From positions 122,452,001 to 122,516,000 of the forward strand of contig NC_087436.1 in NCBI RefSeq assembly GCF_036321535.1: a stretch of DNA of 64,000 nt. The letters are read 5' to 3'. Positions within the stretch are counted from its first letter, which is position 1. Every line of letters starts with the position of its first letter. Shown here piece by piece: positions 46,761 to 59,300 of the stretch. A model generated the notes under the pieces. That model was not told the DNA's origin, made no database searches, and was given only the letters and a program-made list of their open reading frames with translations. The position numbers were made by a program, and so were the translations under genes. The stretch is from Camelus dromedarius. Taxonomy: Eukaryota.

Positions 46761-49700
46761 GGTTGTGAATCTGTGATCGTCACCGCGAGTGGTGCGCCCC
46801 TGCTCTGGGAGGGAGATCACAGTGCTGCACACGAGGGTCCGGTTCTCTTCCACGCAGCCCCAGCCCCTACCCCCTCGGAAGGGGCTGCAGCTGGTGGGCA
46901 GGGGTCCTCTCCACGTGGTCATGTTCCCGCAGCTGCCATGCCTGGTACGGGGCACCTGTCTGCCCGCTGGCCAGCCTGTGTTTGCGTTAAGCGGTTCTGT
47001 TGCATTTCCCTGCACTTCTTCCGTGGTCGTGGGAGGGCCATTCCACCTGGCTGTGCGCTGCTTTAGGGCCGCGCGTCCCCCCTAGCGTCCCCCCTGACGT
47101 GGAGCAGTGTCGGGGTCGGATCAGGACACACAAGGCTAGTGCTGGGTCTGACCCCAGTGCCCATGCAGGCTTTGGCCACTGTCCCCTTGAGCCCTGTCAC
47201 AGACCCAGGACCCCATGACGCGTTGGCCGCCGTGTCCTCCTGTGTCGTGGGCGGGGCGGGGCCTCCACGCTTGTCTTTTTCAACGGCCCTGCCGCTGCTG
47301 ACTGCTGCTGATGCTTTGCGCAGCTTACCTTGCTTGTCTGACTTTCCTCACAGCTAATTCAGGGTCTCCGTTTCAGGCAGGAATCTGGGGTGTGGGAGGG
47401 CTGCTGTGTGCTGACCAGCGTGTCCCCAGTGCCACTTTGTCTGGGACTGGCCATGCCCGCCCCGGCCGCTCGGTGCCGTCAGGCCTCTCTGCTGTGCAGT
47501 CAGCACCTCCCTTTGTGATGAAGGAGCGTCTTGCCGGGAGATGCTCTGGGGCTGTGTGATACCTGCTTCTCCTCCTTCCACCCCCCGGTGTTAGCTTCAT
47601 TGATGAATCTTGCCTGAAACATCATGGGATGTTTGTCAGATGGTGATTAAAAACACACTGTCATTCCATCCACCTTTCTGAGTTGGCATCATACCCACAG
47701 GGAGAGCCTCCCCTCCCCCGCTTCTCTATTTTTTCAGTTACTTACATCTGAGTGGATTCGTGGGTCTCATTTTCCCTGTGGAGTACGACCCACGTGCTGC
47801 CCCTTCTCCTTGGCTCCCGGGCCCTGTCAGCACTTTCTGCACCTGTCCTGGACCTCTGGCACCTGGAGGTGCTCCAGCCTCTGCTGGTTCTTCCCCGCCC
47901 TGAGCCTGGAAATCAGCCAGGCCTCCAAGGATGTGGGCTTGTTTTGAAAGTAAAATACTACTTGTTTTATAATTTTTTCAAATTTTGTTGTGATTGCTGT
48001 CACCTTTCTAGGATTATGTTGACTCAGGAGGGGGCGTCACAGGAGGGTCTCAGAGACCCTGAGGAGCTGGCACGGTGGGCAGAGGGCAGAAGAGGACGCT
48101 GCCCCCTCACCATCTGTTGGGGGCAGTGCGTGGCCGTTGTGGGCTGGCCTGTCCCACGTCGGGCTGAAGGGGCCCTTGTAACGCCCCTCTCCTGTGCGGG
48201 GCCCAAGTGGGTGTGTGCAGAGGCAGGAAGAACCTGGCTGAGCTGTGGGTGCCATTCCATGGCCTGGCTGGCCCTGCCCACTGACTTGGGCTGGTGGTGT
48301 GTCTGTGGCTGGCGGTGCCGTGTGGCCCCCTGTGATTCGTCTCCCTGGTTCCAAACATGTTGAAGTAGAGCCCCTCATGGTACAGAGCTGCCCCTCTGGG
48401 GAGCTGGCTGGCCCTGGCCCTCCTGTCTGAGCCTTGGCGTCCCTGCTGTGCCCCTGTCCAGACGGTGGGGCCCCGGGAGTGCTGTCAGTGCTGAGCACAC
48501 CAGGTGCTGAAGAGCTCGTGGACGGGCTTCAGACCAGGGGACGTGGCCATGGACAGTGCTGACAGCAAGTGCCTCTCCTGGCCTCGAATATTCCCCTACT
48601 GTGGATGGGGCCTGTGGTTGGGGTGCACGCCACCTGTGGGTCCACACGCTCCTGCTGACAGGGGGGCCCCATGCCTTCCTGCGTCTGCCCGGCATGCGCC
48701 GAGGTGCGGTGTGACCGTGGGTGCTCTGTCCTGCCCCTGTGTTTTCTGGAACACCTCCGTTTCCCCACCTGGGAGGATGCTGGCCTCAGGCCTGGTGTTT
48801 CAGAGCCACGCTGAGGAGGCCTGTCGATGCCAGCTGAGAGTGCACGTGTGTGTTTTGGGAATGGAAGGTGTGCTGTGTCTTCTTAGCATCTGTGGAAGCG
48901 TCGTACAGGTTCCTCCCGGATCTGCCGGTCTGTTTTGCTAATGCATTTCAGGACGCTGAGTGCTCCCTGAGGTCCTGGCAGGGGTCACGGCAGGGTTCTG
49001 TCCTCATCCACACCGGGGCTTGGGGGCAGTGATGCTGCCCAGAGGGGGACGGTCAGTTTGAGGTGGGACCTGGCGCCTGCCGCATGCCCTCTGCCTTGGA
49101 CAGCCTGCTGGGCCCGAGGAGGCCTCTGGTGGCAGTTAGGAACCTAAACTGAAGGTTCCGGAGGTCCCCTCACTGCTCGAGTTTCATCTCCAAGAGCTCT
49201 TTTCCTTTCTCTCTAGGTGTTCCCTGTGCAGGGTGCTCTGACCGTGTTCTGTAGGCACACCACCTTCCCCTCTGAGGTGGGACTGAGCACGCTGCTGAAG
49301 GCTTCGTCCTCCGGTGCCTGTGTCTCCAGGTTGCTGGGGTTTTCCTGTCTGTGTGGCGTCTGTCTACAGCTTCCTGGGCTGGTGGCCCTTGGCAGCTGCT
49401 CACAGGCAGCAGGGCCACCAGGGAGGGGTGAGGCTGTGTGTGGCGGTGGGGTGACCAGCTGCATGCAGACTTGGGGACTCTCCCTGTTGGTCTCTGTGGG
49501 GAGCTGGGTCCTGTGCGGGCCCCTCTGTCCCTGGTAAGGCCAGTGCCCCTCCCTGCATCACCGCCCGCTGGGCCTGCTGCAGACCTGCATCCCCCGGTTC
49601 CCCTCCTGGGAGGAAACCCCACCTTGAGTTGGGGGCGGGGCCCTGGCCTGGCTGGCTGGAGTTGGGGAGGGGTGTTTAGTTGCTGCAGCCAGTGGCCGGC

Positions 49701-50227
49701 GGTCAGCAGCCAGGTGGGTCCAGGTGGTCCCTCGGGCGTCCCCAGTGCTGGCTGAAGGTCCGCTTCCCAGCGGCTTTCTAGCTTCCGAGGCGTCGCAGGG
49801 CCTCCTCCCCGCTGTTTGGAGCAGGGGTGGGGAAGACCTCCGTGTTGGTTCTCACGTGAGCGTTCACCTGCGCCTGTCAGCCAGACCCCTGCTTTCGTTC
49901 CATTTTCCAGGAGAGGACTCCAGTGGCAGTTTTAAAGCGGGAGGGCCTTTGTCAGGTAGGAAGACCAGGAACATTTGCACGCGTGGAGCCGGCAGGTGAG
50001 TGTGGCCTTGGCCGAGTGGTTTTGCGCGTAGTCACTTGTGACAATTTCTCTTCAGCAAAAACCAGACATGAAGCTCTGAGGAGCCCTTGGGAATGGATCA
50101 CTGATTTTTAAAACAAACGCGGCCTGGCGGGTTGGCTCAAACCTTGCAACGGCCTGGGCCTCCTGAAGCCCGATGTTGCAGAACCCCAGGGCCTGCTGGT
50201 GTGGACAGAGAACACAGGCCCTGGACC

Positions 50228-50305
50228 ATGGTCACCCTCATCACTGAGAAGCTGCAGAACCAAAGCCTGGACGACCTCACCCACAAGAGCTACGATGCTG
50301 GCCCG
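50228..50305 (+). CDS. FAM53A: FAM53A first coding exon (exon starts ~50056)
   Basis: accATGg; MVTLITEKLQNQSLDDLTHKSYDAGP; donor gtaagc. Confidence 0.92.
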
Positions 50306-53300
50306 GTAAGCTGCCCACCCCGGGGTTGGGGGACGCTGCCCAAGCTGGGCCTCAGCCAGGTGGAGGGACATGGGGGAGGCCAGGGAGCCACTTTCTAGGG
50401 TCATGTTACTGTGACCTTCAGGCCACCAGCCCCATCTGGTTGGATCATAGGCCCAGAGGAAGGCAGCGGAGTCTCTGTACCTGCCTGATGCTGGGGGCCT
50501 GGCCCCAGGCGCCTGCGCCCAGCCCTTGGCCTGTGTGTCACCCATGGTCCACGAGGAAGGGGGCCACAGGCAGTTCTCTTTATAAAGAGACCATGACGAG
50601 AAAACTCTGACCTGTAATTCTGCCCATGGTGACGGAGAGGATTTTACTCTGGTGAAAGCCCCACGAGTCTCTAGGACACACGTGTTTGGAAGACAAGCCC
50701 CACGTGTACCGTGGGTGTTCACCGAACTCCTGGGGAGGCTTGCCGGCGGGCCCGCGTGGTCTCGGCACCACGCGTGGGCGCACAGCCTTTGTTCATAGCA
50801 CCTGCTCTTCCTGACGTTCACCTCTTGAAGACCAGGAATCACTTACGTAGTGAAATACACAAACGATTGTGTCTTGGAGCAAGGACTCCCCGTCACCTCT
50901 CTCACCTGTTTGATTTCGGGCTCGAGGCTCCCCGAGAGCAGGGATGGGGCTGTTCTGGATGCTGGGGGTGTTGAGGGGAGGCAGACGGTGAGCAGGGTGC
51001 CTGGGGGGTCGCTGTGGCGTGCTGGGAGAAGCAGAGTGGGTAGAGGGTGTTGAGAAGTGACGCAGGGCTGGATTTTGGTGGCGCCGAAGCGGTGGGTGGT
51101 GAGCCGGGTGGAGCCTGGGGAAGGGTCTCACAGGGTGCCTGTGCCAGGGGCCCTGTGGGGACAGGTGCTTGGCGTCCATTCTCAGTGAGGGCGGGGCCAG
51201 AGCAGAGGCCACAATCCGGGTCAGGATAGCTGCCAACTTTGCTGCAGGGTGGGGAGTGGGGCTGGGGCCAGCGGCCGCCGTGCGGCCTCCAAAGGGTGCG
51301 GGGTGGAGGGGCGAGGGGGCAGGGGCGAGGTCAGGGAGGGTCACGTGCGGTGTGTGCCTCTGGCGTGCCCGTGTGCACAGGTCCAGACTTGGGGTTGGTG
51401 CAAAGCTCAGCTTTCAAAACTCTTAAGTTTAAGGGAGATTTTTCCAGTGAGGTATAATTTGCATACAGTGACGTGTGCAGATTGTGTTTGGTGTTGAGTG
51501 GGTGACCTTTGCCAGCTGGGTACACAGTAACTTCGTCCCTGCCACACCACACGTCTCCGTTGCCCCGGGAAGTCCCCGTGGCCCCACGTGGCTTGGCGGG
51601 TCCTGGAACGTTACAGAAGTGCCGTGGCGCAGCACCTGCTCTTGGAGTCTGGCTTCTCCTCTCGACGCGAACGCTTCTGGAATCTGCCATGTGGCTGGTG
51701 CTTCGGTGGTTGTTCCTTTGCCCTGTTTGCTGGACAGACACTTGGGCTGTGTCCACAACTGGCTGTTAAGAACAGTGCCACTGATGGCATTTACGTGCCA
51801 GCTGTTTTGGGACGTCTGCTTCCACTTGTGGGGAAGGTCTGCCCAGCGGTGTCCGTCAGCAGCACCTCAGCCTGTACTTTCTTCCGGTCAGGTGTGGTGT
51901 CTCCTTGCGGCTCTGACCTCACGGCCTTGACCAGTGAGGTCGGCACCATTTCCTGTGCTTACTGACGGTAGTGTGTCGTTTTTGGTGTCCTTTTGCTCCT
52001 TTTTCCTGTGGGTGGTGTGCACTTCTTATTGGTTTGTGGGAACTCTTTATATATTCTGGCTCTGAGTCTTTCTTCGGATGTGTGTTCTGCATATCTTTCC
52101 TCCTATCCTATGGTTTGCCTTGTCATTCTCTTAATGGTGTCTTTTGATGAAAAGAAATTCTAAATTTTAGTGTAGACGAATGTATCCATGTGAGTGTTTT
52201 CTGTATCCCACTTATGACGTCTTTGCTAACCTGAGTCTGGAAGATACTCTCTTATGCTTTCTTCAGGAAGTGCTGCCGTTTTGCCCTTAGCTTGAAGCCT
52301 GCACTCTCTGAACTGAAGTTCACGTGTGGGATGAAGCAGGTCAGGGTCGGACTTTCCTTGTCTTTTTGTGTGGATGTGTGGTCGGCCCCACACCCTTTCC
52401 AGAAACGTCTTTTCTCCATCACGGAGCATGGAGGGTTCCTGTGTTCTTATGTAACCCTAGCAGCAACCCTGCCGTGTGTGTTCCATGGTCACTCCTGTCC
52501 TAGGTGGGGTATTCCAGGCTCACAGAGAGGAGCTGACCTGCCCTGGTCGCAAGCTGGTCAGGGGAGCTGGACTCAAGGCCTGGTTTGACCAGCCTCAGCC
52601 CTTCCGCTTGGCTGTGCCCTGCACGTAGACAGAGATGGAGCCTCATTGAGTGTGGTGGGCCAGGCCTGCCTCAACGTGAACCTGTGGCCTCAGCTCCTGC
52701 GTGTCTCCAGCGAGTGTGCAGAGGCCACCTCGTCTGTCGGGGCTCCTTCGCACGAGGTGTCGTGTAGACTGGTCCTGGGAGTCGCCAGCACACAGCCCAG
52801 CGGCCATCCTTCCACGGAGGCCAGGGCCAGCCCTGCTCTGCTCTCAGTGTGGCTCCGTCCAAAACCAGGGGTCCTGGGCTGTCCTACATGGCCCTTGCCT
52901 GTGTAGCTCTATGTTGGAACCTGGGCTCCTGTGTGGCACCATTTGAGCTGGCCCAGTGGGCGCCTGCTAGGTGTGTGCCCCACTTTGGTAGGACGCTGCT
53001 ACCTGCTGGGGACGCAGCCTGAGGGGGGTGGGCTACGCTGTACATGAGAACATGGTCCCTGGTGCTCGTGTTGGGAGGGTAGCCCAGGGGAGGGCTGATA
53101 CCCCCAGGGCTAGGCGGGTTTGCAGCAACAAAGGTGTGGATTTCCACGGCGTTGTGGGCTCCGTGTTCACCGCGGGCTTTCTGTTCCTTGACAGAGCTGC
53201 TTTTTCATCGGCTCCATCTGACTGGGGCTCTCTGGTGGAGAACCTCATGGTCACCAGGTGCCCACGCTGGAGCCAGGCTCTTGAAATCCTGTGCGACAAG

Positions 53301-56300
53301 GTCTCTGCTCTGCCCAGCCTGACTGTTGGCAGGCCTCTTTTTTCTGAGCGATGACCTAGCTTTTAACTTATTTTATGAGAAGCAACAAAAGATTTCCTTT
53401 TTTTATCATGACTTTGGAAATCCAATGAAACTGTCCCTGAGAAGCTAGACTCCATGACTGAGAGTCTTGTTGTGATGGAGAGGACTTGAGGGGCAGGAAA
53501 AGGTGAGCGGCCGTGACCGCACGCGAGGTCAGGAGAGCGCGAGAAAGCAGACAGACAGACAGGTGTTGAGTGGCCCGCAGCTGCACGCAGCCCCTTCAAT
53601 TGATGGGCAGATTATGGCCAAGAAGAGAGCTGCGTGGGCTCGGGCAGGGCCCCGTGGGCCGCTGCGCCCTGCAGCTGGCCGCTCGCCAGACGGAGGGGTC
53701 GGCCGTGTGGGCACCACGGGCGGAGGGCTTCCCGAAGAGCAGGACGGTCCTGGCGCCAGTGAGTATGCTGGGGGCCTTTTTATGGCCTTTACTCGGTGAA
53801 CATCGTTATGCTTCTAAGAATCTTGATTAAGAGAAAGACATATTCCAGGGTCCGTGCTGTTCTTTTTACTCATCACAAAAGACAGTGCTGGGAAAGTGCA
53901 GTTGATTGTGGTGAGAAAAACACCCGCCTGAACCGTTTCTGAATCAGCACGCGTGAGTCCACAGTACTGAAACTTCCTTCTTTTCACCTTCAGTGTTCTG
54001 CCGAGAACGTGAGCTCAACTGGCTGCTTGTTCCCTTTTGAGACCAACAGTAAGTGTTGAAAAGCCCCAGCAGGTCTTCCTGGGCTGCTGTGGCCTTGGAC
54101 CCTGAGCCGGGGGCACCAGTCTGCTGGGCGGAGGGGCACGGGAGGCTGCCTGTATAGCCTGGCTACGCTGCGGCAGGTGGCCCCGCAGCCGTCCTCCCAC
54201 TCCGCTGGCCTGCCGTCCGGGCCTGGCCAGGCCTCTCCTCTGGGCAGCAAAGTGGGTGGGGTCTGGGGCTGCTGTACCCTTTCTGGAAGGTGCCTGGCAG
54301 GGCCGAGCTGAAAGGGCCTCCTTTCAGATGGGGTCCTGCAGTCGCCGAAGGGCGGGAACAGGACGGTGTCAGGCAGTGTATGCGGAGCACACGCAGTCAG
54401 CGGTGGGTGTAGGGGGACCTCTGTGCCTGGAGGGTGTGGGTCTGGGGCGCCCCCCTCCCTCCAGTGCACGCCCCTCATGTGGGCCAGGAGGCCTAGCTGC
54501 CTGAGTGTGAGTCTGTGAGAGTGAGTGTGAGAAATACTGGCTCCTGTGATCCTCTGTGGCTGGTGTCCATCGTCAGAGTGGGGTGATTTCAGGTGGGACA
54601 GCCTGAGTTGCGTCCAGGTCCTCCCCTGCAGCCCTGCTCACAGTTGTGGTGATGCTGTACTAGCTGCTCTCTGGGCTGCTCGGTGAAGGCTTCCCTAAGC
54701 TCTCCAGTGACCAGATGGGAGGAGGAGGTGTGGGCCCCGCTCCTGGCCCTGAGTGCCATGTCTCTCTCCCACAGGGGGCCAGTCCGGGCTCAGAGCCCCT
54801 TGGGCTGCCCCCAGGCCCACAGAGCTCTGCTCTCCCCTCTGACTGACCGAGCCTTCTTCGACCCCAGGGTCACCCTGGGGCCTTTGTTCGTGCGTCTCCC
54901 TGCCCGGGCCTGGTCTCCTCCCAGGGTCCTCTGGCCTCTGTGCCAAGGCCCCTCATCTGGTGGTGACACACAGCAGTGGCCAGCACAGGGCTGCTGGACA
55001 CCCTCTGGGCCAGGTTAGCAGGGGATCTGGACTTCCACCAGCCCCAGACCTGCTCCCAGGCTGCCCCGTTCACTCAGGTGCCGTCATGTGCGACCATCAA
55101 CTGTTGACTCCTGGATGCTCGGCCTCGTCTGACCCTCACGCCCCTGAGGTTCAATGGCGAGGAAGCGGAGGCCGCAGTGTCAGGGTCTCTGTCCCAGCGG
55201 GATCCCCACCGCGGTGTGCGCTGTGGCTGCGCAGGGCGGGGAGAAGGGAGGAATTCGCTACTCCCGGCGCGGTGCGAAGAGCCCCCTCGGCGCCTGTGAG
55301 CTGATCTGGGCGCACCCCAAGGCCAGGCAGGGGCCGCGGGTGCGAGGAGGATGTGCCTGGGCCCCCCTCACCCGTCTCTCCTTCGTGTTTCCCCAGAAGA
55401 CAAGCACCCCTGGAAGGTCGTCAGCCGAGGACCGCCCGTCGGAAGCCAGGCGGCCGCGGGCCCCACCGTCCCCTTCTCGCCCAGCAGCCTGGGCGCCGTG
55501 AGCGCCCGGGACCTCAGGGAGCCTGGGGGGCCGCCCTCGGCACCGCCCACCAAGCGACACTGTCGGTCCCTGTCGGAGCCGGATGAGCTGGCGCGCTGCC
55601 GTTCCCCGTGGCGCCCGGGCGGCTCCAGGGTCTGGACTCCGGTCTCCAAGAGGCGGTGCCACAGCGGCGGGAGCGCCACGCTGCAGGGCAGCCCGAGCGC
55701 CGGCCCATCCCGGAGCGCCTGGTCGCCGGGCCACGCCCTGCCTGCGGCCGGCCCCACCTCGCCCCCCGCACCCCGGCCGGCCTCGGCCAGCAGCGGCTTC
55801 TTGGATTTGGGCGACGGCAGCTTAGGCCCGGCCTGGCGACCCGCGGGCCCTTGGGCGCTGCCCGCGCGACGCCGCCTGTCCCTATCGCAGGAGCACCTGG
55901 TGGCGGCGGGCGCGGCCCCGCCCTCGGCCGGCAGCTCGCCCACGTCCACGCCCCAGCTGGGCCGCAGGCGGGGCCTGCTCCGGTGCCGCTCGCAGCCGTG
56001 CGTGCGCGCGGGCGGGAAGAGCCGGCTGAAGCGCAGGCGCGAGGAGGACCGCTGGCCGCGCCCGTCCCTGGACTTCCTGAAAATGACCCGGGTGAGGCTT
56101 CCTCGGCCCTCTGGGCGCCGCCGCCGCCGCCGCAGGGCGGTTCTGGGGCGAGGTGGGGCGGGGCGGGGGCCGTGCTCTCTGCGCTCGCGTGGGCGGTGGC
56201 AGCGGGGGGTTGCGCCCCGTCCTCTGCGCCGGCACCCTTGCCGCACAAACCTGGGGGGAGTGGGAGCCTGAACTGCCCCTTTCAGGGAGGAGATAGTTTG

Positions 56301-59300
56301 GGTCGTGAGGAGACGTCCGGGTACCCAAGGCTGAGCGGGCACCGTCTGACCCCAGGCTTCTCCTCCACCGACGCCTCTCAGGAAAAGTGGTGTTCTGAGT
56401 TTGGGTTGCGGACCAGGTTGAGGATTCTGGTGTCCGGGTGACACCGCCTGCGCCTCTGTGCCTCGTTGTTTGCTGACAGTGGGCCGTTTAAAGCAGACTT
56501 AGAGGAAAGAGCCGGTTTCTCGAGTACCGGCCCTGGGTTTTGCAGGGAGAGGGCGGGACCTTCTTGGGGGGAGGTGGGCTGAGGAAGCAAGTCCTGGGTG
56601 TGAGAAATGGACGCCCGTGCTCCCCGCATCGCATGGGGTGGCTGCGCGGGGGTCCTGGTCGGGGGCGGGTGAGGGCGAGCAGGACCTTGCAGATGGGTTG
56701 GGGTCACCGTCGTCAGACAGCATGCAGACGGAGTCAGGCTGCACGGTGCTCTTGACAGAACCATCAGCCTTGCCTTTCTTGACTGGTGAGTTTCCTGAAG
56801 ATTCTTCCCAGTGGTTGGGAGAGGGCTGCCCACCCAGACTTGCTGGCTGGGAAACTTCTGCAGAGCTGGGGTTTAGGAAGGAAGTGTTCTGAGCTTTGCG
56901 GTGAAGGTGGGTGTCCCTGAAACCAGATGGCACAGAGGAAAGCAGTTCATGAGCCCCACAGGCACCCCCCACTTCCCAGTGCCCGGTGAGGGTCTGTGGG
57001 CCCTGAGGGGGCAGGACTGTGGGAGAGGACTGCAGAGTGGGCAGGAGGAACAGAGCCGGGGGAAGCCTCGCTATTGGGTGGTTCTTTGCTGGAGTGGACG
57101 TCCCGACCCCTGGGGCAGGAAGGGGCAGTTGTAGGGTGATGGGCTGGAGTGAGCCGTGGGCCCAGCGGGCAGCAGGGGTGATGCAGGCACATGCGGTGTG
57201 GGGCAGCTGAGGGCCGAGGGGCTGCTGCTTCTGAGTGCCGTACCTTCCAGGGGGTTGCAGCCCCCAGCCCCCACGTGTGCAAGTGTGTATCTGCATAGGG
57301 CGTATGTGTATGTGTGTGACTGTGTGTGTGCTGTGTGGACAGCTGCAAGGATCAGGATCCTGGTTCTCGTGTCCCCTGCCCTCTGCTGGGGTGGGCGGTT
57401 CTGCCCTTGTGGAATTCTGGGCCAACGATGGCCGTGACCACCTTCTGCCTCGGAGAGGCCGCTCTGCAGAGAGGCTGGGGGAAGAGCGTGGAGGAGCCGG
57501 CAGCTGGGACGTAGGAAGAGGTTTGGGGGTCACACTGGCCCTCAAACTAGAAACGGGAGTTGGGGGCCCGGCCAGGCAGGACTGAGACGCCTGCCTCCCC
57601 AAAGGGACAGACCTGTCACGTGATCCCCAGGCTTGGTGGTCCTGATGCGTCTCTCCTTCCTTCTGCAGTCGTCCTGCCGGGCTCCTGATGACCCCTGTGC
57701 TACCAAGACGTCGTCCTAACCCGCCTCTGACTGATTCCACCCTGACCCCCAGCAGAGCGGTGTCTCGAATGAGAGTATGAGATAGTAGGTCAGCCATCTG
57801 CGGCCACGTGACAAACAGCACCGTTTGTGCTGTGTTCCCCAGGGTCAGGCCCCCAGGAGCAGCTCAGGCCCGCTGGTTCTGCTGAGGGTCACTGCGAGGT
57901 GGCAGCCACGCTGGCAGCCGGGCTGCAGGCACCTGAAGACTGGGGCTGGGCCGGAGGGGCCACCGCCAGGCTCCTTTGCGTGTCAGGTTTGGTGGAACCC
58001 ACTGAAAAGCCACCGGGGCCCGGGGTGTGTGTGGATTTAAACAGCCCACACGTTCAGGGTTTCCTTTTGTTTCGGTTTGTTTCAAACTGTGTATTTCTGG
58101 GATATGGTTTATTTAAGGTTTCAGTTTTGGGAACAAATTGCTCGTTGTATTTCTCAGGGCCTCTGTACTTGTCTTTTTTATCCCTGATGTGAAATGATCG
58201 AATGTGTGCAGATAGAAACCTTGTGAGCAAATCACAAAATTGACTGTTTAAAAGAGTCTTTTGTGAAAAACTTCTTCTGTCAGTTCTGATCATCTTTCTA
58301 GGGGATGGGGACCAGGTCTGGGCGGATGCAGAGGCCAGTTTCCAGCCCTGCCCCTCGGTCAGGCTGGCAGCCCCTCTGTCCCTCACCAGCTCCCAGCTCG
58401 CGGCCTCCTGAAACTGAGCATTTGAGTGACAGTTCTTTGGTGGGTCAGGGGACACTACTGTGGTCTGTGTTGACTCACACCACCTCTCACACCTGACGTG
58501 TGGGTTTTCCCCACCGCACACACGTCTCCAGTTCTCTGCAGACACCAGCTGGGTGTCCGACAATTCAATTCAGTTCTGACACTTAACTGCCTGGCGTCAG
58601 TGCAGACCCTGCAGGGTGAGGCTCAGCCCCACAGACAGCCTCACCTTGGGCACTAGGCCCGAGTCCCCGGCCTCCTGCACTTCCCGCCGACCAGCTGTAA
58701 ATCAGGGGTTCCCTAATCCGCTGTAACAGCTCACAGAACTCGGGAAAGCACCGCCTTGCTGACACCTGTTTACTCTAAAGGCTACCACTCTGGAGCAGCC
58801 AGCTGGAAGAGATGCGGAGGGCGGGGCGTGGGGAGGGGGCGGAACTTCCACGCCTTCTCCAGGCAGCCCCACCTCCCAGCACCCTAGAATCCCGCCATTT
58901 ACAGGGTTTTATGGAGGCTTCATTACGTGGGTGCAGTCCATCAGGTCGTTGGCCACCAGTGACTAAGGCGTCCCTGGAGTGTGAGCGGGTGGGTGGAGGG
59001 GAGGCCCCTTGTCCTGCTCGTCTGTCCACTGTTTGTGGGGCAGCCCGCGGCAGGGTGCAGGGAGGGCGCTGTGAGCAGGTCCCACAGGCCCAGAAGTGGC
59101 CTGACCCCTTGTCCTGGGCCTGAGGGAGGCTGTGACCATGTGGGGCTGCTGCGGGGTGGGAGGGGAGCCTCGAGGCACCAGTCCCCAAGGCCCAGGCAGC
59201 CAACTTCCTGGTCACCGTCTCATTCAGAGGATGGCTTCTTGAGAAGGGAAGTGAGGATGTGGATTCGGAGGCCTCGCGTGTCCCTGAGCGTGTTTGTTCC

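Noticed and set aside
55368..56444. Long overlapping ORFs antisense to or out of frame with the FAM53A large exon
   Set aside because: Shadow ORFs caused by very high GC and stop-codon scarcity; only one frame has FAM53 motifs.
56499..57821. 440-aa ORF on - strand, the longest in the track
   Set aside because: Non-ATG start, low-complexity Pro/Ser/Gly composition, no recognisable domain, lies antisense in a GC-rich FAM53A intron and crosses a (TG)-rich tract. Likely a chance ORF.
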